Shown here: positions 8,008 to 16,872 of the stretch, piece by piece
How positions within the stretch are numbered: position 1 is the stretch's first letter
Layout of the letters: each line of letters starts with the position of its first letter
Assembly: GCA_964551375.1 (NCBI GenBank)
Contig: CAZKBG010000001.1
Location: 600,001-632,000, forward strand
Source: an uncultured archaeon
GTDB taxonomy: Archaea > Iainarchaeota > Iainarchaeia > Iainarchaeales > JAAZKV01
Length of the DNA: 32,000 nt
Reading direction: 5' to 3'
Notes under the pieces: model-generated
Seen by the model: the letters and a program-made list of their open reading frames with translations, nothing else
Databases searched by the model: none
What the model was told of the DNA's origin: nothing
Program-made: the position numbers and the translations under genes

Positions 8008-9456
8008 CTAAAGCAAAACTCCTTTTGCATTTCTTAAATACCCCAAATCATCTGAAAATAAATATCTAATATCATTAATTCCGAGTTTAAACATTGCAAG
8101 ACGATCAATTCCTAAACCCCACGCAATTGCTTCCCCTTTGATTCCAATATTATCAAGCATTTCAGGCCTAAACATTCCCGCTCCGCCAAGCTCAACCCAC
8201 CCCAAATCAGGATGCTTTGCAGAGAGCTGAACACTCGGCTCTGTGAAAGGATAATAATCCGGGAAGAATTTTACTTTCTCCGCGCCCGCTACTTCAATTG
8301 CAAAATCTTTTAACATCCCAAGCAAATGCTTGAAATTCAAATCTTCCCCAATAATGAATCCTTCCATCTGATTAAATTCCATCAAGTGAGTTGCATCAAG
8401 CACATCTGGGCGAAAGCATCTTGCAATTGCAAAATACTTTCCAGGAGTTTTTACTCCGCTTACTAACTGCTTTGCTGAATGCGCAGTTCCATGAGCAGAA
8501 GGCATTAATCTTTCAGCAATATCAACGCTCCAATCATATCTCCAGCCCTTGCTCCCAGATTTTCCGCCAGTTTCATGAGCGGATTTAATCGCATCAACAA
8601 TTTTCTTTTCAGGAAGAGCCCCTTTCTTTGGATTCTTTAACTGATAAGTATCAGTCCAAGTCCTTGCAGGATGATTCTGCGGCTGGTACAAAACATCAAA
8701 ATTATAAAATTCAGTAACAGCAAGACTTGTAGGCATTTCCTTAAATCCAAGAGCGACTAATTTAGCGCGAATCTGCTGCAAAAACTGCAAGTAAGGAGCT
8801 TTCTTTCCCAAAAAAATTGTTGGAACAGGGGCGCTCACGTCATACGCCCTTGAAATATTTTGAGTGGACAAAACTTCCTTTGCTTCAACACCTGATTTTG
8901 AAATTGAAATTGAGCGCTCCACTATTTTTTTCTTTTCAATTAATCCTCTTTTTGCAAGCTCAAGAGCAATACTAACACCAATCTTTTTACCGTCAGCAAC
9001 ATCGCGAAGCGAATTCTGCTCTGAAAAAGATTCCCCTTCTTTTGCAACACCAGTCTCTTCAATTTTCCCCTGCATTATAACAACAAACGCTTTTCGCTTA
9101 TTTATTCCAAGAGCGGCCATAAATTCCTGCTTTGAGAGAGCTGATTCTTTTTCAAGCTCGGCAAAAGTTGCTTTTCCTCCAAGGCGGGACAAAGCTTCAA
9201 GCAAAATATTTTCAGGCATTCCTTTAGACAATGCTTTTTCGCCATCAGCGGTTAAGACAAAATTTTCGCTTTCCTTTTCAACAATAGATGCAAATCCTTT
9301 TTCATTAAGCCAAGCAGAAGCCCTTCTAACTGAATCAACTGGAAGAGCAGTAACACCGGAAATTTCGCCAAACGAAACAGGCTTATTTGAAAGAGATAAA
9401 AGCACTTTTCTTTCAATCTCGCTAAGCTCTTTGATTTTATTATCCACAACTGGCAT
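8008..9456 (-). CDS. pheS: Phenylalanine--tRNA ligase alpha subunit (archaeal type with N-terminal winged-helix region)
   Basis: 482 aa; QNHPARTWTDTYQL, FDVLYQPQNHPA, CFRPDVLDATHLMEFNQMEGFIIGEDLNFKHLLGML, VELGGAGMFRPEMLDNIGIKGEAIAWGLGIDRLAMFKLGINDIRYLFSDDL. Confidence 0.95.
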   Translation of the reverse strand: MPVVDNKIKELSEIERKVLLSLSNKPVSFGEISGVTALPVDSVRRASAWLNEKGFASIVEKESENFVLTADGEKALSKGMPENILLEALSRLGGKATFAELEKESALSKQEFMAALGINKRKAFVVIMQGKIEETGVAKEGESFSEQNSLRDVADGKKIGVSIALELAKRGLIEKKKIVERSISISKSGVEAKEVLSTQNISRAYDVSAPVPTIFLGKKAPYLQFLQQIRAKLVALGFKEMPTSLAVTEFYNFDVLYQPQNHPARTWTDTYQLKNPKKGALPEKKIVDAIKSAHETGGKSGSKGWRYDWSVDIAERLMPSAHGTAHSAKQLVSGVKTPGKYFAIARCFRPDVLDATHLMEFNQMEGFIIGEDLNFKHLLGMLKDFAIEVAGAEKVKFFPDYYPFTEPSVQLSAKHPDLGWVELGGAGMFRPEMLDNIGIKGEAIAWGLGIDRLAMFKLGINDIRYLFSDDLGYLRNAKGVLL

Positions 9457-9551
9457 GAAAGAATTACCAAAATCGTTATTTTAAAGGTTTCATGTAGGGC
9501 GATTTTCCAAAAAAGAACTCTCTAAAGTGAAGAAAAAACGAAAAAACAGCA

Positions 9552-9580
9552 AAATATTTAAGACATCCCTTAAGGGTGTT
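9552..9580 (+). promoter_or_regulatory. TATA-like element (aaatattta) followed by a CCCTTAAGGG palindrome, upstream of the 87-aa gene
   Basis: Sequence aaatatttaagacatcccttaagggtgtt; the perfect 10-bp palindrome CCCTTAAGGG lies at 9567-9576, with the start codon at 9595. Confidence 0.4.
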
Positions 9581-9594
9581 ATTTAGAGATAACA

Positions 9595-9858
9595 ATGGTG
9601 GAAATACAAAAAACACTTGATAAGTGGTTTGGAAAAGTGCAAAAAGAAGTATCCTCAAAAATAGGAAACTTTGTGGCATTTATGTTCTTCTTAGTCGCTC
9701 TTGGCGCATGGATTGGAATGAGCGTTGCGCATAACTACCCAAACGAATCGCTTCTTGCAATAATGCTTCCCGCAGTAGCAGGACTTTTGGCATATTACAA
9801 CAGAGCATTTGCGACAGCAGTATTCGTTGTTGTAATTTTAATGATTTTCATCATTTAA
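9595..9858 (+). CDS. Small membrane protein, unknown function
   Basis: 87 aa ORF with amphipathic N-terminus and hydrophobic segments; plausible promoter and start codon context. Confidence 0.6.
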   Translation: MVEIQKTLDKWFGKVQKEVSSKIGNFVAFMFFLVALGAWIGMSVAHNYPNESLLAIMLPAVAGLLAYYNRAFATAVFVVVILMIFII

Positions 9859-9918
9859 CGCACGTTGACTGACGAAAATCAAGAAAGACTTTTTAATCAG
9901 GAAAAACGCTTTTTTTGA

Positions 9919-10455
9919 ATGAAAGGCTTTGTTTCATTCGCAGTAATCCTTGCAATACTTGCGGCGCTGCTTTTTTTCAAAATCGGAACAATGGATGTCG
10001 AAAACAAACTTAATATTGTTGAAAATGAGCTTATCAAAGCCGAGATTTCAAACAAAGAACGAACCATCCTTGAAAATAATGTGGATAAAATCGTTGAAAT
10101 AAAGCTCAACGAACAAATATTCAAAAATAATTTTGATGTAATAAAAGCGCAAGATGAAATAAACACAACCCTTTCAAAATATTTACTTAACAAAACCTAT
10201 GGAGCAACGCTTGCTGGCGAAAAGATAAGCGAAGCTACTAAATTATTTCTTAATCAAAATTCAAAAGTTACTATTTTGAAAACAAGATATTTTACATATG
10301 CTGAATACACTTTCTGCTCAAATGCTCTCAAAAATACAACCATCAAAAAAGCGCTTGGAAACAATATCAAAAGCGAGTTCACTATTCCAATTGGATATTC
10401 TAAGAAAATAATTACCCCAATTTATAAAAATTTGCAAATCAAATTGAAAACTTAA
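9919..10455 (+). CDS. Small secreted/membrane-anchored protein, possibly minor pilin-like
   Basis: 178 aa; single N-terminal hydrophobic helix MKGFVSFAVILAILAALLFFKIG, then a soluble region. First gene of a tightly packed + strand cluster. Confidence 0.6.
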   Translation: MKGFVSFAVILAILAALLFFKIGTMDVENKLNIVENELIKAEISNKERTILENNVDKIVEIKLNEQIFKNNFDVIKAQDEINTTLSKYLLNKTYGATLAGEKISEATKLFLNQNSKVTILKTRYFTYAEYTFCSNALKNTTIKKALGNNIKSEFTIPIGYSKKIITPIYKNLQIKLKT

Positions 10456-10468
10456 AGGACTGGATAAA

Positions 10469-10795
10469 ATGAATTCAATTGATGCGCTAATTTCAATCTG
10501 TGTTCTTTTTGCCGCGTTTGGAATTCTAATCGGAGCAGTGAATTTACAAAACGAGAATTCAAAGCATGCTTTACTTTCAGCGAAAGCAAAAGGAGAGACG
10601 CTCAAATGCGCAGCAATTGTTGATTCAATTGCGTCCAATAGCGCAAAAGGATACAATGACAGATTGAACTGTGAAAGCGACGGAAATAGATTAAGCGCAA
10701 ATGAAGAGGGAGTTACTAAAAGTGCAGCAACAATAATTGAAACCACAAATACTGGAGAACTTGTGCTTAAAATTAACAAACACTATCTGGACTGA
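10469..10795 (+). CDS. Small type IV pilin-like/pseudopilin-like protein
   Basis: 108 aa; N-terminal MNSIDALISICVLFAAFGILIGAVNLQNEN. The S-I-D-A-x-I-S motif is shared with the next two genes. Confidence 0.6.
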   Translation: MNSIDALISICVLFAAFGILIGAVNLQNENSKHALLSAKAKGETLKCAAIVDSIASNSAKGYNDRLNCESDGNRLSANEEGVTKSAATIIETTNTGELVLKINKHYLD

Positions 10796-10800
10796 TTAAA

Positions 10801-11286
10801 ATGAAACAAATTAAGACACTAAATATAGGACACTTTACGCAAAAAGGACAAATCTTCGGAATAGACGCTATGATCAGCTTTACAATAATGCTATTTTGCC
10901 TGCTCACCTTTGCAATAACTTTGGCAAACCAGACACAAAATACATTAAACAACCTGCAAGATTTCGAGCTTGAAGAAAAAACGATTGCAATAACTGATTC
11001 GCTTGTCAAAAACCGCGATGAAAATAACCCTCTTTTTGGCTCCTGCGCAGTTGATTATGAAAAGAAACGAGTTCTGACAAGCGTTATTGATATAGAACTT
11101 TTAAGAAAGGCACAAACAGTTGATTTTGAGGGAATATTTGCAAAACAAATCACAATTAAGAAAAATGACTATGTGGAAAATATTTTTTTAGAAACAAGAG
11201 ATTCTAACCAGTGCATATCAGTAAAAAGATTTGCGCTTATTGAAAACAAAAAGTCAATTTTGGAAGTGGTTATTTGCAGAAGCTGA
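10801..11286 (+). CDS. Small type IV pilin-like/pseudopilin-like protein
   Basis: 161 aa; basic leader then KGQIFGIDAMISFTIMLFCLLTFAITLANQTQ (class III signal peptide-like). Confidence 0.65.
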   Translation: MKQIKTLNIGHFTQKGQIFGIDAMISFTIMLFCLLTFAITLANQTQNTLNNLQDFELEEKTIAITDSLVKNRDENNPLFGSCAVDYEKKRVLTSVIDIELLRKAQTVDFEGIFAKQITIKKNDYVENIFLETRDSNQCISVKRFALIENKKSILEVVICRS

Positions 11287-11645
11287 CAGAATCAAAGAAT
11301 AGAAATGAAAAAGGAGCAATTTTTTCAATTGAAGCAGCAATTTCAATACTTTGCTTTGCAATGCTGTTAACCACAGTTAATTACACAGAAAAACAGAGCC
11401 TAAAAGAAGTTCTAATAACCGAGCAAGCAAATGACTTGCTACGCGTATGGAGCACTGGATTTGAAACAACTGACTCCATGAAAGAAGATGCAAATATACT
11501 GTTTGAAGATAAAGCCGAAATTTATGTAAATGGCAATAAAATACTTTCAGCAAGAGAAGAAATAAATTCAATTTCAACCGAAGGAATTATTTTAAATAAA
11601 TTTCTTGAAGAAAGCAATATCAGGATTGTTGTTTATTACAAATAA
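11274..11645 (+). CDS. Small type IV pilin-like/pseudopilin-like protein
   Basis: 123 aa; EKGAIFSIEAAISILCFAMLLTTVNYTEKQ. Overlaps the preceding gene; exact start codon uncertain. Confidence 0.6.
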   Translation: MQKLTESKNRNEKGAIFSIEAAISILCFAMLLTTVNYTEKQSLKEVLITEQANDLLRVWSTGFETTDSMKEDANILFEDKAEIYVNGNKILSAREEINSISTEGIILNKFLEESNIRIVVYYK

Positions 11646-11652
11646 ACAAATT

Positions 11653-12093
11653 TTAGGAAGAATTATTGATTTCTATTTCAATTAATCCCCTGATTTTAGC
11701 GAGTTTAACTTCAAAAGCGCCTGAATAACTGCCCATGCCCAAGATTTTTGCTCCCCCCAACCCAATATCAAAACTTTTCTCCCCCACACTAATAAAAAGA
11801 GTTCCAGTATTTTCCGAGAAATTTATTTCTTTTGCCGCAAAATAATAAAGGCTTTTTGAAGAGCCGTCCGCAAGAAAAGAAAAAAGAGAAATTGACTCGT
11901 TTAAGTCAGAAGAAATCTTTTTCGCCAATAGAATATCGCTTGAAATTAAAAAAGCATCAACGCTATACCCCATTACCGGAAGAGAAATTCCAAGAACGCC
12001 AAAAAAAGCCGCAAAAAGAAGCAAGTACTCAATAGAGACCTGCCCCTTTTTGCGACAGTATGCAGGTTGATATGATCGGATCAAAATAATCAC
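11653..12093 (-). CDS. Class III signal peptide-containing (type IV pilin-like) protein
   Basis: 146 aa; KKGQVSIEYLLLFAAFFGVLG matches the archaeal QxSxExxxL prepilin motif. The GTG start overlaps the upstream gene's TGA stop (GTGA). Confidence 0.75.
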   Translation of the reverse strand: MIILIRSYQPAYCRKKGQVSIEYLLLFAAFFGVLGISLPVMGYSVDAFLISSDILLAKKISSDLNESISLFSFLADGSSKSLYYFAAKEINFSENTGTLFISVGEKSFDIGLGGAKILGMGSYSGAFEVKLAKIRGLIEIEINNSS

Positions 12094-12305
12094 TTAATAT
12101 CATCAATCTTCTTCAAAACATCTTCAGAAGTTTCCTTTAATTTCTTAGAACCTTCCTCACTGGTTGCCTGCATCTGCGAAACAAGCACAAGCACCACTGC
12201 AACAACCGCTGCGAGAACTATAATAAGCTCCACAGAGATTTGCGCATCCGCCTCGCAGAAAATTGAATTTCTATTAATGAATTTTGAACCAAACATTTCA
12301 ATCAC
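12090..12305 (-). CDS. Short class III signal peptide-containing (type IV pilin-like) protein
   Basis: 71 aa; EADAQISVELIIVLAAVVAVVLVLVSQMQ, a QxSxExxx prepilin motif followed by a hydrophobic helix. Confidence 0.72.
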   Translation of the reverse strand: MIEMFGSKFINRNSIFCEADAQISVELIIVLAAVVAVVLVLVSQMQATSEEGSKKLKETSEDVLKKIDDIK

Positions 12306-12376
12306 AAAGAACCCCTATTTTGAATGAATAAAAAGCTTTACAACAATTCGACAAATGCCGATAGGAAAAATTGAAA

Positions 12377-12388
12377 AATATATAAACT
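12377..12388 (+). promoter_or_regulatory. Putative archaeal TATA box (aaatatataaac)
   Basis: Centred about 30 nt upstream of the ATG at 12413, consistent with a leaderless or near-leaderless transcript. Confidence 0.5.
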
Positions 12389-12412
12389 CAACGGAACAAA
12401 TAATTAGGTAAT

Positions 12413-13036
12413 ATGACACACAATAACAGCAAAAGTTCAGTGTTTCACTTCAGTCCGCAGGAAAAAAAGGACTTAATTATTTCCTGGATTACACTAAGCT
12501 TGGCTTTTGCAGTAGTAATAAGCCCAAGATTCTTTAACACTGAAAGTATGCTTGTTGCTCTTCCAATAGCAATGGTCGGGGTGGGAACAGGATTTGTTTT
12601 GCACGAACTAGCCCATAGAGAAGCTGCCAAGTCATTTGGATTTCACTCAGAATTTAGAGCATGGTATCCGGGATTAGGACTTGCAATAATACTTGCAATA
12701 GTATCATTTGGACAATTTACCTTCGCTGCTCCTGGAGCAACATACTTCTTCGGGCACAACGTATCAAGAAGACAAAATGGAATAATCTCAGCAGCAGGAC
12801 CGGCAATAAATATTGTAATTGGATTACTACTAATGGTTCTTGGAATATTCTCAAGCGGGTTCATACAATACGTCTTAATTGCAGCAAGCACAATAAACTT
12901 TTGGCTAGCGTTATTTAATTTAATTCCAATATATCCTCTGGATGGCTCAAAAATAGTTGCATGGAAACCAGTTGCGTGGGTATTACTTGCAGTAATAAGC
13001 GGATTCTTTGTATTTGCGCCCGGAATTTTGTTTTAA
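12413..13036 (+). CDS. Site-2 protease/M50-family membrane metalloprotease
   Basis: 207 aa; HELAH (HExxH) in a transmembrane context, AAGPAINIVIGLLL, FNLIPIYPLDGSKI (NPxPxxPLDG-like). Confidence 0.85.
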   Translation: MTHNNSKSSVFHFSPQEKKDLIISWITLSLAFAVVISPRFFNTESMLVALPIAMVGVGTGFVLHELAHREAAKSFGFHSEFRAWYPGLGLAIILAIVSFGQFTFAAPGATYFFGHNVSRRQNGIISAAGPAINIVIGLLLMVLGIFSSGFIQYVLIAASTINFWLALFNLIPIYPLDGSKIVAWKPVAWVLLAVISGFFVFAPGILF

Positions 13037-13070
13037 AAAACTCAAGAAATAGATTTTTTGTTAATTTAAA

Positions 13071-14456
13071 CTATTTTAAATAATTTCCTCTCGCAAGATA
13101 CACTTTTGTTCCTCCGCCATGATGAGTTTCAAGCAAACCTTTTTCCAAAAACTCATAAATTGCAGAACTATTATTTCTTGCGCAGAACTTTTTCACTTCA
13201 ACAATCTTCTTTCCTCCAGGGCCGATAAATGAAAGCACTCTTGCAAGCCGATCAGGAGTCGCATTTACTGCTTTTGAAAGCAAACCGTTGTCAAGAGCTG
13301 TGAAAAATATTCTTTGAGAAAGCGAACCTGAATTAGCAAGTTTTACAACAGAATCGTTGCTTAACGTGCGGGAATCAAGCATCTGCCTAAAACGAGAAGA
13401 TACAAGCGGATTCTCATTTGCAATCTCAACAAGCGCTGAAAGGACAGGATTAAACTTTGCGCCTGTAATTCTTGCAGCCCTTGCTTGATTAGAAACAGCT
13501 TTGCTTCTATGTTCCTTTGCTACTTTTTCTTTCTGCTCATAAGAAGCAAGACGCTCTCCCCTAGTCAGAGCTTTTGAAGGAGCACTTGCTGATTGAGGTT
13601 GTGCTGTTGAAGTAGGAACTCTCACCGGCTTTATTACTCCAAAAGACCTTCCAAGCTCGAAAAACAAATCAGCCTTCATTTTTTCCATAACACTAGCAAT
13701 AATCATTGTCTGCTCCCTTGCGCCAATAGTCGGAGAAGAGGCAACAGCATTTTTTACAAGCTCATTATACTTAGGCATGTTGCGCTCAATCCACTTCTTA
13801 GCAGTGCGCTTCTGGTTAGGAGTTAATTTAACTCCTTTAAAAGTAAGTTCCGCAAAAAAGTTTCTCGCAGAATTCTGCCACATCCTAACTCCGCGCTCAG
13901 TCTTTAGCAGATTAATATACACTCTGTCAAAATCAGCCGCAGGAACGCGAGAAGTTGCAAGAACTGAAGTTGAATGAATCTGTATAAAATCCGCAAGCGC
14001 CATGTCAAGAAGCTTCTTATTCAAAGGCAATCCCCTTTCCTTAAGATACTTCGTAAAATGCTTTTCAAGCGTGGAAACAAGAACCTCTGCGCTAGAATGA
14101 ACAACCTTTTCAACAACTCCTGCAAAAAAACTATTCACAGTAGACTCTGAAAACTCACCCTTCTTCAAAAGCCCCACAATTGTCTGCTTGGTAGCATTAG
14201 CTGGAACAGGTTTCCCAGATTTTGCATAAGTCGCCCTTAAAATATTCATCAAGTCGCCTGAGTTTCTTGAAAGAAACTCGACTTTAGTCTGCATTGGAAT
14301 TTCATTTGCTTTCATTCGCATAAAACGATAGCTTTTTTCAACATCCCTTGGAAAAGAAACAGACACATACTTTGAATGAAGCTGCCTAAGTTTGGCTTTA
14401 TGCTCTTTTCTTTTTGGAGCAAGACAATACCATTTAGCTGAAGTTGGACTTGGCAT
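13071..14456 (-). CDS. Uncharacterised protein; possible C-terminal winged-helix-like region
   Basis: 461 aa intact ORF, basic and mostly alpha-helical by eye, with a PTSTAQPQSASAPSKA linker. C-terminus VEVKKFCARNNSSAIYEFLEKGLLETHHGGGTKVYLARG resembles a wHTH. No family recognised. Confidence 0.7.
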   Translation of the reverse strand: MPSPTSAKWYCLAPKRKEHKAKLRQLHSKYVSVSFPRDVEKSYRFMRMKANEIPMQTKVEFLSRNSGDLMNILRATYAKSGKPVPANATKQTIVGLLKKGEFSESTVNSFFAGVVEKVVHSSAEVLVSTLEKHFTKYLKERGLPLNKKLLDMALADFIQIHSTSVLATSRVPAADFDRVYINLLKTERGVRMWQNSARNFFAELTFKGVKLTPNQKRTAKKWIERNMPKYNELVKNAVASSPTIGAREQTMIIASVMEKMKADLFFELGRSFGVIKPVRVPTSTAQPQSASAPSKALTRGERLASYEQKEKVAKEHRSKAVSNQARAARITGAKFNPVLSALVEIANENPLVSSRFRQMLDSRTLSNDSVVKLANSGSLSQRIFFTALDNGLLSKAVNATPDRLARVLSFIGPGGKKIVEVKKFCARNNSSAIYEFLEKGLLETHHGGGTKVYLARGNYLK

Positions 14457-14505
14457 AACAAAGTAGCCACTGAATAAGTAGAAAAAGCTTTGGGAGAGTT
14501 AAAAA

Positions 14506-16740
14506 CTAACCAACGTAACTAGGGCGGAAGTCAAGGGCTTTTTCTTTGAACTCTGAATATGCCTTCTCAGACTCATCATCAATTGAAGGATTCATTTTTC
14601 TTAAAATTTCTTCAAAGTGTTTCATTGCAATTAGTCCGGGCTTCATATTATTCTGGCTCAATACAAGAAGCGCGGCTTCTCTAACAAGCCCCTCAAGGTC
14701 TGCCCCGCTGAATCCCTTTGTCTGCTGTGCAAGAATTTTAATTGAAACATCCTTATCAAGTTTAACATTTTTTATATGAACTTTTAGAATTGCTTCCCTT
14801 GCTTCTTCATTAGGAGCAGGAACTATAATTAATTTATCAATCCTGCCGGGGCGTAAAAGCGCAGGGTCAATTAAATCAGGGCGGTTAGTTGCGGCAATGA
14901 AAACAACATCGCTTAATGATTCAACCCCGTCAAGTTCAGTCAATAGCTGATTAACCATTCTTTCAGTAACATTATTTCCAGCCTCAGTGCCTCTTCTTGG
15001 CGCAATTGCATCAATTTCATCAAAGAAAACAACGCACGGCGAAACCTGCCTTGCTTTTCTAAAAATCTTTCTAACACCCCTCTCTCCTTCCCCAACCCAC
15101 ATGCTCAAAAGTTCAGGGCCTTTAATTGAAATAAAATTTGCTTCGCTTTCAGTAGCAACTGCTTTTGCAAGAAGCGTTTTGCCTGTCCCCGGAGGACCAT
15201 AAAGAAGAACTCCTTTAGGAGGAGAAATCCCCATTTCCTTAAACGCCTGCGGATTTTTAATCGGCCACTCAACAGCCTGCTTTAATTCGCTCTTTACTGA
15301 TTCAAGCGCGCCAATCTGCTCCCAGCGAACATTAGGAATTTCAATTGCAACTTCCCTTAATGCGCTTGGCTGGACATCTTTAAGCCCCTCAATAAAGTCA
15401 TTTTGAGTGATTTTTAACTTTTCCAAAACTTCAGGAGGAATTGTGTCCTCTTCTAAATCAATTTGAGGCAAATATCTTCTCAATGCTTTCATTGCGGCTT
15501 CTTTGCTTAATGCTTGAAGATCAGCTCCAACAAATCCGTGAGTCAATGAAGCAAAATAACTTAAATCAACTTTTTCTTTAATTCCTTCTTCAAGAGGCAT
15601 TCCTCTTGTATGAATATTAAGAATTTGTTCTCTTGCTTTTTTATCAGGAACAGTAAATTCAATCTCCCTGTCAAATCTTCCGGGCCTTCTTAACGCTTCA
15701 TCAATTGAATTAACTCTGTTTGTCGCAGCCATTACTATTACTTCCCCTCTTCCTTCAAGGCCGTCCATCAGGGATAACAGCTGGGCTACTACTCTTCTTT
15801 CAACTTCACCAACAACTTCATCTCTCTTTGGAGCAATTGAATCAATTTCATCAATAAAAATAATTGAAGGAGCATTCTCCTGAGCATCCTTGAAAATATT
15901 TCTAACTCTTTCTTCCGCTTCCCCCACAAATTTTCCCATTATTTCAGGAGCTGAGATTGAAATGAAATGAACCTGGGCTTCATTTGCAACAGCTTTTGCA
16001 AGAAGAGTCTTTCCAGTCCCAGGGGGGCCATAAAGAAGAATACCTTTTGGAGGAACAATTCCAAGCTTTTGAAATAACTCAGGGTGCTTCATCGGAAGCT
16101 CAACCATTTCCCTAACTTTTTTTACCTGCTCCCCTAGTCCGCCAATATCTTCATAAGCAACTTTAGGAACGCCTGCCAAGCTATCCTTCACTGGTTTCTC
16201 TTTAAGCGAAAACTGAGTAGCATCAGTAACTTTTACTATTCCCCTTGGAGCAGTATCAACTACTCTATAAATAAATCCTGAGCCAAAAACGCTAATCCAA
16301 ACATTATCCCCGACATTAAGAGGCCTTCCAAGGAAACTTTTCTTCAAAATCCTGTCATACCCTGACGCAATAATTCTAACTTCTTCAATCGGCGCAAGAA
16401 TTACTTTCTTTCCTTCCTGTGGAATTACTTTTTGAACTTTAACTCGTTCATTTAATCCAACTCCGGCGTTGTGCCTGATGAAAGAATCCATTCGAATTAT
16501 CTTTTTGCCCTCATCATCGCTTCTTGCGGGCCAAACAATTGCAGCAGTCTTTTTGCTGCCCTCAATTTGAACAATATCTCCCGAAGTTATTCCTAAATTA
16601 GCCTTAGTTTCTTTATCAATTGTAACAATATTTCTGCCCACGTGAGTAGGGTCAGGATCCTGCACTTGTAAAAGCGCTTCAAATTTCTTTTCATCACTTG
16701 CCGCAGAAGGCATATTTACACCAAAAACATAAAACAACAA
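14506..16740 (-). CDS. cdc48: Cdc48/VAT-type AAA+ ATPase with two AAA domains
   Basis: 744 aa (likely start ATG at 16713, [10 protein letters not shown]). N-terminal double-psi barrel/CDC48 N domain, two [15 protein letters not shown] Walker A motifs, [14 protein letters not shown] and [15 protein letters not shown] Walker B motifs. Confidence 0.95.
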   Translation of the reverse strand: MLFYVFGVNMPSAASDEKKFEALLQVQDPDPTHVGRNIVTIDKETKANLGITSGDIVQIEGSKKTAAIVWPARSDDEGKKIIRMDSFIRHNAGVGLNERVKVQKVIPQEGKKVILAPIEEVRIIASGYDRILKKSFLGRPLNVGDNVWISVFGSGFIYRVVDTAPRGIVKVTDATQFSLKEKPVKDSLAGVPKVAYEDIGGLGEQVKKVREMVELPMKHPELFQKLGIVPPKGILLYGPPGTGKTLLAKAVANEAQVHFISISAPEIMGKFVGEAEERVRNIFKDAQENAPSIIFIDEIDSIAPKRDEVVGEVERRVVAQLLSLMDGLEGRGEVIVMAATNRVNSIDEALRRPGRFDREIEFTVPDKKAREQILNIHTRGMPLEEGIKEKVDLSYFASLTHGFVGADLQALSKEAAMKALRRYLPQIDLEEDTIPPEVLEKLKITQNDFIEGLKDVQPSALREVAIEIPNVRWEQIGALESVKSELKQAVEWPIKNPQAFKEMGISPPKGVLLYGPPGTGKTLLAKAVATESEANFISIKGPELLSMWVGEGERGVRKIFRKARQVSPCVVFFDEIDAIAPRRGTEAGNNVTERMVNQLLTELDGVESLSDVVFIAATNRPDLIDPALLRPGRIDKLIIVPAPNEEAREAILKVHIKNVKLDKDVSIKILAQQTKGFSGADLEGLVREAALLVLSQNNMKPGLIAMKHFEEILRKMNPSIDDESEKAYSEFKEKALDFRPSYVG

Positions 16741-16872
16741 AAACTTACCCGGAATTTATTGTTTCTAGAAGATATGAACTAAAAAAGGATTATAAAGCTA
16801 ACCAAGAAATACAAAATTCAAAATAAAACAAGCAAAAGCAGGCTAATTAAGCTAATCCATAGCAATATTGAA

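Noticed and set aside
8864-9484. 206-aa ORF on the + strand antisense to pheS
   Set aside because: The opposite strand encodes a clear PheS; the antisense ORF is a by-product of its codon usage and has no recognisable motifs.
14506-14529. Possible HbYX proteasome-docking motif at the Cdc48 C-terminus (...RPSYVG)
   Set aside because: The Tyr is third from the end rather than penultimate, so the HbYX consensus is not met.
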